Positions 1-10,397 of a stretch of 64,000 nucleotides of DNA are shown here, piece by piece. Numbering within the stretch: the stretch's first letter is position 1; the number at the start of each line of letters is the position of its first letter. The position numbers were made by a program, and so were the translations under genes. The notes under the pieces were generated by a model. It was not told the DNA's origin. It saw nothing but the letters and a program-made list of their open reading frames with translations, and did no database searches. This stretch comes from Gammaproteobacteria bacterium (GTDB lineage Bacteria; Pseudomonadota; Gammaproteobacteria; CAJXQU01): contig JBGCGE010000020.1 in assembly GCA_045110495.1 (NCBI GenBank), positions 2,342 to 66,341 on the forward strand, written 5' to 3'.

Positions 1-1235
1 AAAAAATGTTCTGCACCAGCTCCGAATTTTCCTGCCGACTTCTCGCATAATTGACCAACCGTAAACAGTCGTTCCACACCCGCAAGTTTTGCTTGCTTGC
101 CCGCTTTTTCATGCAGTTCATCGGCGTCTTTTCCCAGCTCGCCCATATCTCCTAATACTAACCATGGACGACCTGACGAATTAATCAAAACGTTTAATCC
201 AGCTAATAATGACCCTGGATTTGCGTTATAAGTGTCATCAATAAGTTGTAAATTATGAATGCCTGATTTGAATTGCAAACGGCCAGGCACACCTCTTAAA
301 GATTCAAGACCATCACGGGTTTTTTCTAAAGGAATATTTAACGCTTTAGCACAGGCCGCTGCGGCAAGTGCATTCATAATATTGTGTCGCCCGGGTAACG
401 GAAAATTCACACTTATACTTTTGTCTTCAATCTGTAAATCAAAACGACTGCCACGATCATTTACATTTATTTTTTTAGCAGTGACGTTGTATTTATCTGT
501 TGCTTTTTGTTCTAAACCGAAGTGAAGACTGCGACAATGACCAGCCATTGTTTTCCAGACTGGCGCAAAGTCATCGTCTGCATTTATTATCGCAGTACCT
601 TTTTCAGGCAATGACTGAAAAATTTCACCCTTGGCATGAGCGACGCCTTCTATTGATCCAAAACCTTCCAGATGAGATGGCGCACATTGGGTCACAACTG
701 AGATTATTGGTTTTGCAATTTTACTCGAATAAGCAATCTCACCAGCATGATTTGCACCCATTTCGATTACCGCATAATCATGTTTTTGATCAAGATTAAA
801 TATGGTCAGTGGAACACCAATATCATTATTTAAATTTCCTTTCGTCGAGAGCACTTTTCCACAACCAGATAAAATAGAACTGACCATTTCTTTAACTGTT
901 GTTTTTCCATTACTACCTGTAATTCCGACAACAGGAATATCAAATTGATTTCTCCAATGGCTAGCCAAACTGCCAATTCCTGATCGTGTATTTTCAACTT
1001 TAATTGCGGGTAAATTTGTACGAACTGATTTATCGATCATCACTGCCGCCGCACCTGCTTTTTCTGCGGCAGCTATAAAATCATGCCCATCAAAACTTGG
1101 TCCATGAAGTGCAATGTACAACTCACCTTTTTTGATCGTTCTTGTATCCGTTGAACAGCCCGAAAAGCTTACGTCTTTTCCTATTAAGTCTGCGTTAAGC
1201 GCACTCGCCACTTCTTGCAAAGAAAGATTGATCAT
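1..1235 (-). CDS. murF: UDP-N-acetylmuramoyl-tripeptide--D-alanyl-D-alanine ligase, 3' partial (runs off window)
   Basis: Minus-strand translation from ATG at 1235 reads MINLSLQEVASALNADLIGKDV...GITGSNGKTTVKEM, a Mur ligase P-loop and MurF-like N-terminus. The ATG overlaps the murE stop as ATGA. There is no stop before the window edge, so it is missing from the ORF track. Confidence 0.85.
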   Translation of the reverse strand, partial: MINLSLQEVASALNADLIGKDVSFSGCSTDTRTIKKGELYIALHGPSFDGHDFIAAAEKAGAAAVMIDKSVRTNLPAIKVENTRSGIGSLASHWRNQFDIPVVGITGSNGKTTVKEMVSSILSGCGKVLSTKGNLNNDIGVPLTIFNLDQKHDYAVIEMGANHAGEIAYSSKIAKPIISVVTQCAPSHLEGFGSIEGVAHAKGEIFQSLPEKGTAIINADDDFAPVWKTMAGHCRSLHFGLEQKATDKYNVTAKKINVNDRGSRFDLQIEDKSISVNFPLPGRHNIMNALAAAACAKALNIPLEKTRDGLESLRGVPGRLQFKSGIHNLQLIDDTYNANPGSLLAGLNVLINSSGRPWLVLGDMGELGKDADELHEKAGKQAKLAGVERLFTVGQLCEKSAGKFGAGAEHF

Positions 1236-2773
1236 TTATCTCCCTCCGCTTGTTGTGTATTTAAAATATTAAGAACAATGTTGCGATCATTAAATGGGAA
1301 GCGTTGACCGTTAACTTCTTGCCATTCCTCATGTCCTTTACCAGCGATCAAAACTATATCGTTTTGCTGAACAGAATTAATCGCAAATTCAATTGCCTGT
1401 TTGCGATCAAAAATAACATTGGCTCTGTCGGAATTTTTTATACCTGCGAGTATTTGATCTGCGATCATTTCTGGATCTTCTGACCTTGGGTTGTCATTAG
1501 TAATAATTATTGAATCCGATAACTTTTCCGCGACCTTTCCCATCAAACTACGCTTGCCTTTATCCCGATCTCCCCCGCATCCAAATACACACCATAACTT
1601 GCCAACACAGAGTTCTTTGAGTGTACTTAATGCGCTTTCAAGTCCATCTGGTGTATGCGCAAAATCGACAACAACGGCTGGCTGTGATTTTTGGATAAAA
1701 GCTTCCATTCGCCCTGGCACGCCAGTCACTTCGGACAATGCTTTTATGGCTGCTTTAAATTCATATCCAGCTGCGAGCAAACTACCCAGCGCGGCTAATA
1801 AGTTACTCGCATTAAAACGTCCCAGCAGGTCAGTTTTAATAACACCAGTTCCTTGTGGTGTATCAATTTCTATTTCTAAGCCCTCTACAGAAATATCTAA
1901 TTTTTTGCATCGGATCGTATTAATTTCTGGATAGTTTTTTTCGCTAAATGTAAAACCAATGATTTCAATTTTATTCAATTGATCTTGCGTTAAAGTGTCG
2001 AGAATCTGTTCAGAAAATGGATCATCCAGATTAACTACTGCAGCTTGTAAATTCTGCGATTTAAATAAACATAATTTCGCATCACCATAAGCTTTCATGT
2101 TGCCGTGATAATCAAGATGATCACGCGTCAAATTAGTAAACACCGCGACATTGAATTTAACGCCATTCAATCTTTGTTGTGATAAACCATGCGATGACGC
2201 TTCAATAACAGTGGCCTTAGCACCGTAATCATTTAATCTTGATAGTGATTTATGCAAACTAATAACATCAGGTGTTGTCATTCCGCTAGAAACAAATTCA
2301 CCAAGAAAACCATTACCTAATGTTCCAATAACTCCTGAGGTTCTAGCACCCGAAATTTGATCAATTGCTTGACCGATAAAATGACTAACTGACGTTTTCC
2401 CATTTGTGCCTGTTACTCCAAATACTTTCATCTCATCAGTCGAATTACCAAAATATCGATGTGAGATCAGGCCAACTTTACTGATTAAGTTTCCAACAAA
2501 AATTATGTTTGCAGAGATTTGATCTTTTACTAAATCCGCATCATTACTATCAACAAAAATAGCAATTGCACCTTTCGATATTGCATCATTAATAAAATCT
2601 AAACCATTTGATGCCGTACCATTTAAAGCAAAAAAAACGTTGCCTGGTTTTACCTTTCGACTATCAAGTTCAAGCCCTGTGATCAAAACATTTTGTTCAC
2701 TATCAAGTTTAGCGATCCCTTGCGTAAGTTCACTGAGATAAATTTCACCTTGTTTTATTGCTGTCATTATCAA
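1232..2773 (-). CDS. murE: UDP-N-acetylmuramoyl-L-alanyl-D-glutamate--2,6-diaminopimelate ligase
   Basis: 513 aa with Mur ligase motifs (GVTGTNGKTS). Sits between ftsI and murF as in the dcw cluster. Confidence 0.95.
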   Translation of the reverse strand: MIMTAIKQGEIYLSELTQGIAKLDSEQNVLITGLELDSRKVKPGNVFFALNGTASNGLDFINDAISKGAIAIFVDSNDADLVKDQISANIIFVGNLISKVGLISHRYFGNSTDEMKVFGVTGTNGKTSVSHFIGQAIDQISGARTSGVIGTLGNGFLGEFVSSGMTTPDVISLHKSLSRLNDYGAKATVIEASSHGLSQQRLNGVKFNVAVFTNLTRDHLDYHGNMKAYGDAKLCLFKSQNLQAAVVNLDDPFSEQILDTLTQDQLNKIEIIGFTFSEKNYPEINTIRCKKLDISVEGLEIEIDTPQGTGVIKTDLLGRFNASNLLAALGSLLAAGYEFKAAIKALSEVTGVPGRMEAFIQKSQPAVVVDFAHTPDGLESALSTLKELCVGKLWCVFGCGGDRDKGKRSLMGKVAEKLSDSIIITNDNPRSEDPEMIADQILAGIKNSDRANVIFDRKQAIEFAINSVQQNDIVLIAGKGHEEWQEVNGQRFPFNDRNIVLNILNTQQAEGDK

Positions 2774-4491
2774 GGTTGCCTACCTGCCATTAATTTATGC
2801 TCACCGGTAATGGCTTCAGAAACATCGTCGGGTGAAACATTCATCAAGCGCAGTGTTTCACCCATCAATTTTGCAAATGCTGGCGCAGCGACTTGACCAC
2901 CGTAATATTCTCCTTGTGAAGGTTCATTAATCATGACAACAGAGACAAGACGTGGATTACTTACTGGTACAATTCCGGCAAAAACCGACTGGTAACGATC
3001 CTCGGCATAACCACCTGATGAAGATTTATGCGCCGTACCCGTTTTACCAGCAACGCGGTAGCCCGGGATGCGCGCTTGTTTACCAGTGCCTGTTTGTACG
3101 ACTCCTTCCATCATTTCCAGAACTAAACGTGCAGTCTTCTCACTCATGACACGATCACCTTCTTCAGGCTGCTCTACTTTTATCAAACTCGGTATTGTCA
3201 TCACGCCTTTATTGGCCAATACCATATAAGCTTGTGCAAGCTGTAATGTTGTCACTGACATTCCGTATCCGAATGACATTGTTGCTTGTTCAATATCCCG
3301 CCAGCTTGAATAATCTCTCAAGCGTCCAGAAGCCTCGCCCGGAAAACCAACACCACTGACTGTCCCTAATCCGATTTGATCAAATGTATTCCAAAGTACT
3401 TCAGCTTCCATCGACAACGCAATTTTAGAAACACCGACATTGCTGGATTTTTTGATCACAGTTGAAACATCAATCACTTCGTAATTATGAATATCACGCA
3501 CCATGTGTCGACCAACGCGATACTGCCCAGGACGTGTATCAATCATCGTGTCAGGTTTATAAGTTCCCAACTCTAATGCCGTTGCGACTGTAAAAGGCTT
3601 TATTGTAGAGCCAGGTTCAAACACATCAGTCACCGCGCGATTACGATAGTGTTCACCTTTCATTTCGTAGCGATTATTTGGGTTATACGAAGGCTGATTA
3701 ACCATCGCCAGAATTTCACCCGAGTTCGCATCCAGAACAACGATTGATCCACTTTTTGCTTTATGACCAAGTACTGCTGCGGTTAATTCTCTGTAGGCTA
3801 AATATTGAATGCGTTTATCAATGCTCAACGTCAGATCTTTTCCAGGTTGAGCTGCTTTGACACTTTCAACATTTTCGATCGTGTGCCCTTTTAAATCTTT
3901 TATTACTAGTTTTTTACCCGGGTCACCTTTCAACAATTTGTTGTAAGCCAGCTCAATTCCTTCTTGACCTTTGTCATCAATATTCGTAAACCCAACCACA
4001 TGAGCTGCAACATCTGCCGCTGGATAAAATCGTTGATATTCTTTTTGTTGCGATACCCCAGGAATCTTCAGTGCCATCACTTTTGCAGCAAGTTGTGGTG
4101 TCGCCTGTCGCTTTAAATAAACAAACTCACGTTTTGCACGCTTGTTGATCATATCTTCCATATAGTCTTGTTGAACATCTAAGATCTTTGCTAACTCAGC
4201 CCAACGGGACTTATTCAAAACTAATTTTTTAGGGTTCCCAATAATTGCGCTAATCGGTGTACTAATTGCCAGAGGCTCACCGTTTCGATCATGAATGACG
4301 CCGCGATTCGCAGAGACAGGAACGACTTTTGAATAAGATGAATTTCCCTTGCTTTGCAGAAAATCTTTTTCCAGCAATTGCAAATAAATAATCTTAAAAG
4401 CCAGTCCCGTTGCGGCGATCAAAAACAAACAAAGTACAAACCAGCGGCGGCCAGTAAAATGTGCTTCGACGTTTTGATCTTGTGTTTTCAC
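2770..4491 (-). CDS. ftsI: peptidoglycan D,D-transpeptidase FtsI (PBP3)
   Basis: 573 aa with N-terminal TM helix, STIKP (SxxK), SSN and KTGT transpeptidase motifs; conserved dcw position. Confidence 0.95.
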   Translation of the reverse strand: MKTQDQNVEAHFTGRRWFVLCLFLIAATGLAFKIIYLQLLEKDFLQSKGNSSYSKVVPVSANRGVIHDRNGEPLAISTPISAIIGNPKKLVLNKSRWAELAKILDVQQDYMEDMINKRAKREFVYLKRQATPQLAAKVMALKIPGVSQQKEYQRFYPAADVAAHVVGFTNIDDKGQEGIELAYNKLLKGDPGKKLVIKDLKGHTIENVESVKAAQPGKDLTLSIDKRIQYLAYRELTAAVLGHKAKSGSIVVLDANSGEILAMVNQPSYNPNNRYEMKGEHYRNRAVTDVFEPGSTIKPFTVATALELGTYKPDTMIDTRPGQYRVGRHMVRDIHNYEVIDVSTVIKKSSNVGVSKIALSMEAEVLWNTFDQIGLGTVSGVGFPGEASGRLRDYSSWRDIEQATMSFGYGMSVTTLQLAQAYMVLANKGVMTIPSLIKVEQPEEGDRVMSEKTARLVLEMMEGVVQTGTGKQARIPGYRVAGKTGTAHKSSSGGYAEDRYQSVFAGIVPVSNPRLVSVVMINEPSQGEYYGGQVAAPAFAKLMGETLRLMNVSPDDVSEAITGEHKLMAGRQP

Positions 4492-4751
4492 TTAGAATTC
4501 ACCAGCTCAATGTTTTCACTTTTCGGCAGTTCCATTTCCAATTTTTCGCGAGCGACTTCTTCAATACGACTATGCGTTCCCCAAGTTGCTTGCTCTAGTT
4601 GATAACGGCCCCAGTCCTCATTCATCGAATCGCGCTGCGCTTCCATATCTTGAAGCTGTACAAATAATTTGCGGCTTTCGTGTCTTGTTCCAACCACACT
4701 TAACGCCGTCCAAACGACCAGCATACCAATCAACAAAAATGGAAATTTCAT
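4488..4751 (-). CDS. ftsL: cell division protein FtsL
   Basis: 87 aa, single TM helix plus coiled coil; overlaps ftsI and rsmH by 4 nt. Confidence 0.85.
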   Translation of the reverse strand: MKFPFLLIGMLVVWTALSVVGTRHESRKLFVQLQDMEAQRDSMNEDWGRYQLEQATWGTHSRIEEVAREKLEMELPKSENIELVNSK

Positions 4752-5707
4752 ACGCCCATCCTCTCAGCTACCCGCAATACAGCACTTCGTGATCTTGGAT
4801 TTCGCTCTATTTCGTCAGCACTTGCTTTGATCATTTTCCCGATGAGTTTCATGTCAGGATTCAACATTGAAGTGGGGATCGGTAAATCTTTGGGATAGTT
4901 GTCACCCGCTGCCGCTTTTTTCATAAATCGTTTTACAATGCGATCTTCCAAAGAGTGAAAACTGATCACGGCTAATCGACCACCTGGAGCAAGAATATTC
5001 ATTGCTTGATCCAGTACGTTCTTAACTTCACCTAATTCATCATTAATAAAAATTCTGATCGCCTGAAAAACACGCGTCGCCGGATGAATCGCTTTTTGTC
5101 CGGGCTTACTTTGATTCGGTGTCACTTCTTTGATCAAATCGGCTAGCTGCTTAGTCGTAACAACAGGCTCTTCATCTCTTCTGGCAACGATTGCCCGCGC
5201 TATTCGTTTAGAAAATCGTTCTTCACCGTATTCACTGAATACCTTAACCATTTCACGATCAGTCGCCTTTGCTATCCAGTCTGCGGCAGAACTCGAATGT
5301 TCCGGATCCATTCGCATATCTAATGGCCCATCGCGCATAAAACTAAAACCACGTTCTGCGTTATCCAGTTGTGGTGAAGAAACGCCAAGATCAAAAAGAA
5401 TGCCGCTAACTTTCCCTGTCACGCCTTTTTGATCTGCAATCTGTTGAAGTTTTGAAAATGCACCCTGTTCAATGGAGAAACGTTTGTCTTCAGAGGCAAG
5501 TGTATTCCCAGCCTCGATAGCCGATGGGTCACGGTCGATACCGATTACTTTTCCTTCCTTGCCCAAACTATTTAACATCGCTTTTGAATGTCCTCCTCGT
5601 CCAAAAGTGCAGTCAATATAAATTCCATCTTCAACTATCGAGAGAGCTTCCAACACTTCATCCAATAAAACCGGTTTGTGTTGTTGAATCTCTCCAGCAG
5701 TTCTCAT
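4748..5707 (-). CDS. rsmH: 16S rRNA (cytosine1402-N4)-methyltransferase
   Basis: 319 aa with SAM-binding DCTFGRGGHS motif; dcw position. Confidence 0.95.
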   Translation of the reverse strand: MRTAGEIQQHKPVLLDEVLEALSIVEDGIYIDCTFGRGGHSKAMLNSLGKEGKVIGIDRDPSAIEAGNTLASEDKRFSIEQGAFSKLQQIADQKGVTGKVSGILFDLGVSSPQLDNAERGFSFMRDGPLDMRMDPEHSSSAADWIAKATDREMVKVFSEYGEERFSKRIARAIVARRDEEPVVTTKQLADLIKEVTPNQSKPGQKAIHPATRVFQAIRIFINDELGEVKNVLDQAMNILAPGGRLAVISFHSLEDRIVKRFMKKAAAGDNYPKDLPIPTSMLNPDMKLIGKMIKASADEIERNPRSRSAVLRVAERMGV

Positions 5708-6165
5708 CAGAATGAGATATTACTTAGCGATTCGGAAATCTCTTGATCACCATCTTCTAAGTTCTGCATCCATTCTTCTTCTTCTGTTGTCCAAATCGCT
5801 TCATCCCAAAGTTCAAATTTGTTACCCTGTCCGCGAATGACAATTTCTTTTTTTAAATCAGCATGTCCAACCAATTTCGTTGAAAGGCGCACACGGCCAA
5901 GTGAATCCATGTTGCAAGTTTCTGCATCACCAATAACTTTTTGTTTGATTCTTCGGTTATTTTTATTCGCATCTGGAAGTGCGGTCAGTTTTTTCGCAAT
6001 AACTTCCCACTCTTTAATCGGGTATATCCACAGACATCGATCATATGGGCTAGGGGCAATTTTCAGTTCTCCGGCACAAACTTCATTGAGATGCTCACGA
6101 TACCGGCTCGGTATTGCGAGCCGCGCTTTGCTATCTAAGTTTAAAGAGCTGTTACCACTGAACAT
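5707..6165 (-). CDS. mraZ: transcriptional regulator MraZ
   Basis: 152 aa with duplicated MraZ domain; first gene of the dcw cluster. Confidence 0.9.
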   Translation of the reverse strand: MFSGNSSLNLDSKARLAIPSRYREHLNEVCAGELKIAPSPYDRCLWIYPIKEWEVIAKKLTALPDANKNNRRIKQKVIGDAETCNMDSLGRVRLSTKLVGHADLKKEIVIRGQGNKFELWDEAIWTTEEEEWMQNLEDGDQEISESLSNISF

Positions 6166-6512
6166 AAAAAAACCGGTTTCCTTATTAATTTAACGTGGTT
6201 GAATTCAAAAGATCCTAAATTACCCACAAATCGCCATAATTCGAATAATCATACAACGACTGTCTACTGTCAAGCATAAAAACCGGTAATTCTTTCTTTT
6301 TTAACAACAACTTAGCTTCAAACTTACCTTTTTGATCAAGATGATAAAAATAACTTTCTTAGTATCATTTGCTTAGTAATTTTACTTAAAGTGATTTCTT
6401 AGAAGCGCCATTTTTTAAAGACATGAAATGTTACAAATGGGTTTGTTGAAAAAATAACTTTTGGTTAATTTTGATCAGAGTTATAGATTTTCGTTTACCA
6501 TCTTGGTCATTC

Positions 6513-7364
6513 ATGGGCGAATTGATCAAAAAACTCACCTCTTTTTCACTTGTCGTAATTCTGCTGGTTTCGAGCAATTTTCCTGTTCAAGCTGAACCTG
6601 CCCCCGAAATTCTATTAGCAAAGATCTACCAGAAAAATGAAGATCTGGAACACTATTGGGTTAGCGAAAAACTGGATGGTGTTCGCGCCTGTTGGAACGG
6701 TAAAGATTTGATCTCACGGCAAGGCAATCGTTTTAACGCACCAGCCTGGTTTACTAAAAAATTTCCCAAACAAAAACTCGATGGTGAACTCTGGATCAAG
6801 CGCGGTACTTTTGAACAACTGATCAGCACTGTCAAAAAACATCAGCCCATTGATTCCGAGTGGCAAAAAGTCAAATACATGATTTTTGATCTACCCGATT
6901 CAGGTAAAATCTTTACTGATCGTTTAGTTGAATTAAAATTGCTTATCAATCCACTCAAGCTTCCACAGTTGCAATTGATCAAACAAAGCCGTGTTACAAG
7001 CCACGCTGAGTTGCAAACCAAATTACAAAGTGTGATCAAACAAGGTGCTGAAGGTTTGATGCTACATCGCGACGATTCACTTTATCGCGCAGGACGCAGC
7101 AGTGACCTTTTAAAAGTTAAAACTTTTCAAGATGCTGAAGCAATTGTGATCGCTCACTTACCTGGAAAGGGCAAGTATAAAGGCATGCTGGGTGCGCTAT
7201 TAGTTGAAATGCCAGATGGAAAAAGATTTAAAATAGGATCAGGTTTCAAAGATAAAGAACGAAAAAATCCACCGGAAATTGGATCTTGGATTACATATAA
7301 ATATTTTGGCTTATCCCGAAAAGGCATTCCGAAATTTGCTAGTTTTTTAAGGATCAGGAAATGA
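6513..7364 (+). CDS. periplasmic ATP-dependent DNA ligase (LigE/Lig-like, minimal ligase)
   Basis: Adenylation motif I KLDGVR (KxDGxR), about 280 aa, with a predicted signal peptide (MGELIKKLTSFSLVVILLVSSNFPVQA/EP). The ORF track starts at a TTG at 6471; the ATG at 6513 gives the signal peptide. Confidence 0.8.
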   Translation: MGELIKKLTSFSLVVILLVSSNFPVQAEPAPEILLAKIYQKNEDLEHYWVSEKLDGVRACWNGKDLISRQGNRFNAPAWFTKKFPKQKLDGELWIKRGTFEQLISTVKKHQPIDSEWQKVKYMIFDLPDSGKIFTDRLVELKLLINPLKLPQLQLIKQSRVTSHAELQTKLQSVIKQGAEGLMLHRDDSLYRAGRSSDLLKVKTFQDAEAIVIAHLPGKGKYKGMLGALLVEMPDGKRFKIGSGFKDKERKNPPEIGSWITYKYFGLSRKGIPKFASFLRIRK

Positions 7365-7457
7365 AAATATTTAAACAGATCTGTCTTTTAATTGAGCTGT
7401 CGAAGGGGATTATGTCGAGTCTGACCCTATTTAATTGACCCTATTTAATTCTAGGAA
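7358..7457 (+). repeat. repeat unit 1: ligase 3' end plus target-like sequence (ggattatgtcgagtct-gaccctatttaatt-gaccctatttaattcta)
   Basis: About 65 bp near-identical to 7453-7519, followed by a tandem 14-mer gaccctatttaatt x2. Similar sequence recurs at 8627-8645 (direct) and 9828-9882 (inverted). Confidence 0.8.
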
Positions 7458-7519
7458 ATGAAAGTCTTTAAACGGATCTGTCTTTTAATTGAGCTGTCGG
7501 AGGGGATTATGTCGAGTCT
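7453..7519 (+). repeat. repeat unit 2, interrupted at gtcgagtct by the IS110-family element
   Basis: ggaaatgaaagtctttaaacggatctgtcttttaattgagctgtcggaggggattatgtcgagtct duplicates 7358-7423 with 5 mismatches. Its continuation gaccctatttaattcta lies at 8627-8643 on the far side of the IS. Confidence 0.75.
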
Positions 7520-8628
<1,109 letters not shown>

Positions 8629-8667
8629 CCCTATTTAATTCTATTTCAAAAAAGTTTCTTAATGCAA

Positions 8668-9474
8668 TCATTCCGCCTCGATATCCGAAAGTACTACCTT
8701 GGCCTTTTCAGACCATTCATATGGTGCATCATCGGCTTTGACACCAAACTTCCGACTATAATTTGGCTTTAATGGTATTGCGTCATCTCCATAACTTCGT
8801 TCCGTAACATACACAGGATGATATGATTTTTCGTGAACCGGTTTTCCATCTTTATCTAGGAAATATATAATTATTCCAACTTTAGTGAGAGCTACATCAC
8901 TATTGTTCTTTATTTCACCAAATACTCCTTTTCCCCCGTAACGGCCTTCTCCAACCTGAACGCTCCTAATTTGCACCTGACTTTTATATTTTTCGTAAAA
9001 TCCCAACTTATTTATCTGCTTTTCTAGGTATTCCAGATTGCTCTTAGCACTGAAGCTGTCCCCTAGAGACAAAGCTTTTTTGTACTTTTCCTTTGCTGAA
9101 AGAAGCTTTGATTTCATTGACTCTAATTCTGCGCCATCAATTAGGGAAAGCATTTCCAAACTTGGCGCCAATGCCTCTGCCTCTTCAACAAGCAACTTGA
9201 TTTGCTTTTTTGTGGCAAAATCAAGAAGCACTCTCCAGCCTTCTAGTTCCTTTACTAGGTTGAAGGATTCTACGTTTTTATCAAATTGCAAGTCTGGCGA
9301 ATTAAGATAGGCGATTACTTTTTTTTTTTTTTTTTTTCTACTCTTATCCAAAAGCAACTTTCGTACGGTTGTAGGAATTCTAGGAACAGTCTTTTCGACT
9401 TCAATTTTTGCAACTCTATTTTCTATAGCACTATTTTTTATCGCATAAGATATATTTTGCGTCATCACTGACAC
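8668..9474 (-). CDS. hypothetical protein with internal poly-Lys (KKKKKK) encoded by a 19-nt A tract
   Basis: 268-aa ORF whose start overlaps the stop of the upstream lipoprotein gene. No recognisable catalytic motifs. Confidence 0.5.
   Translation of the reverse strand: MSVMTQNISYAIKNSAIENRVAKIEVEKTVPRIPTTVRKLLLDKSRKKKKKKVIAYLNSPDLQFDKNVESFNLVKELEGWRVLLDFATKKQIKLLVEEAEALAPSLEMLSLIDGAELESMKSKLLSAKEKYKKALSLGDSFSAKSNLEYLEKQINKLGFYEKYKSQVQIRSVQVGEGRYGGKGVFGEIKNNSDVALTKVGIIIYFLDKDGKPVHEKSYHPVYVTERSYGDDAIPLKPNYSRKFGVKADDAPYEWSEKAKVVLSDIEAE
9319..9337. repeat. homopolymeric tract T19 (A19 on the coding strand) inside the 8668-9474 CDS
   Basis: 19 consecutive T at 9319-9337 encode R-K6 in the minus-strand ORF. 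A tract this long is slippage-prone. Confidence 0.9.
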
Positions 9475-9477
9475 TAA

Positions 9478-9795
9478 TTAATGCGAGACATCTGGGCTAT
9501 TGGATTTGCTACTTGATAGGTACTCTTCCTCCCGAGTTACTTCTTTGTCTTTACTGGAAATCAGGCGATAGGTTTCTTTAGATTTTCCTTCTAGTCCAGC
9601 CTTAAGCCCTGCATTTAGATACTTAAGAAGCATCTCCTCAGGGTCTAGGCTTTGTGATTGCAGCCCCTTTGTCTCTGCCACTGTTCCTTGGCGCATGCCT
9701 GTTTCAGTGTTTTGTTGGGCGCTGTTACCTTCAGAGCAACCACCAACAATTAGTAGTAGTATAACAAGCAATGACTTCCAGCAATTTCGGTGCAC
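9478..9795 (-). CDS. small lipoprotein
   Basis: GTG start with a perfect RBS (gaggagg). Signal peptide with lipobox LLLIVGG-C. 105 aa, probably co-transcribed with 8668-9474. Confidence 0.55.
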   Translation of the reverse strand: MHRNCWKSLLVILLLIVGGCSEGNSAQQNTETGMRQGTVAETKGLQSQSLDPEEMLLKYLNAGLKAGLEGKSKETYRLISSKDKEVTREEEYLSSSKSNSPDVSH

Positions 9796-9827
9796 GTAAC
9801 TCTCCTCCTCAGTGACTGGCTAACGCC

Positions 9828-9882
9828 CGAGAATTAAATGGGGTCAGCAAATTAAATGGGGTCAGACTCGATATAATTGATC
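9828..9882 (-). repeat. inverted copy of the target-like repeat (ggatcaattatatcgagtct-gaccccatttaatt-tgct-gaccccatttaattctcg)
   Basis: Its reverse complement aligns to 7408-7457 with a few mismatches. Lies about 30 bp upstream of the lipoprotein gene start. Confidence 0.75.
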
Positions 9883-9923
9883 CATTCTTAGATCAATTAC
9901 CCAAACCGAAAGTAAAAAATAAC

Positions 9924-10331
9924 TCAAGTATTATGATAAACCTCATGCGCCGCATCGAAATGTTCTAAGGAATAATCCCTCAGCCATTTAAGATCGAGTT
10001 CTGGGCTCGCTTTGTCTTTGGCGTGGTAATAGGCTTTCATAAATTCTTCGTCTGGCGCATGTAACCATTTTTCAGTTTGTGTCTGGACAGTGAGTGAGTC
10101 TTGTCGGAAGATTTCTTCAAAGACGGCATCGACAATGACATCGAAGGCTTTTTCTTTGATGCTGCAGCCGTCAGCATAACCTCGACAGTAACCAAGAATG
10201 GAAGCAGTGATATATCGACTGGTTTGCATTTCAAGCGGCACGTTATCGTAGAGGCTTTTAAGTGGATCAAAACAATCTGAAAACGCTTGTTTCAATTTTT
10301 TTTTGTGTTTCAAATTTTCCAAACCAAACAT
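9924..10331 (-). CDS. hypothetical small protein, paralog 1 (135 aa)
   Basis: About 45% identical to the adjacent 10398-10811 product. Shared blocks MFG..KHK, AFS(D/E)CF(D/Q)PLK, NVPL(E/D)MQTS, ASILG.CR.Y, ADAVFEE(I/L)FR(Q/R)DS..VQT, EEF(M/I)KAY. Confidence 0.5.
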   Translation of the reverse strand: MFGLENLKHKKKLKQAFSDCFDPLKSLYDNVPLEMQTSRYITASILGYCRGYADGCSIKEKAFDVIVDAVFEEIFRQDSLTVQTQTEKWLHAPDEEFMKAYYHAKDKASPELDLKWLRDYSLEHFDAAHEVYHNT

Positions 10332-10397
10332 AGATTATTTACCTCCCGTCTTTTTTAATTAATTCCATCTTTCATAGTACTGCTTTCATAACACCAC

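Noticed and set aside
1491-1934. Numerous 60-150-aa ORFs on the strand opposite to large conserved genes (e.g. 1491-1934, 5130-5432, 13594-13803, 52015-52434, 39908-40255)
   Set aside because: They lie entirely inside well-supported genes on the other strand, with no RBS or conserved motifs. Treated as spurious.
7358-7519. Two 65-bp direct repeats that could suggest a CRISPR-like array
   Set aside because: Only two copies, no spacer/repeat periodicity and no cas genes. They are a tandem duplication of the ligase 3' end associated with the IS110 insertion site.
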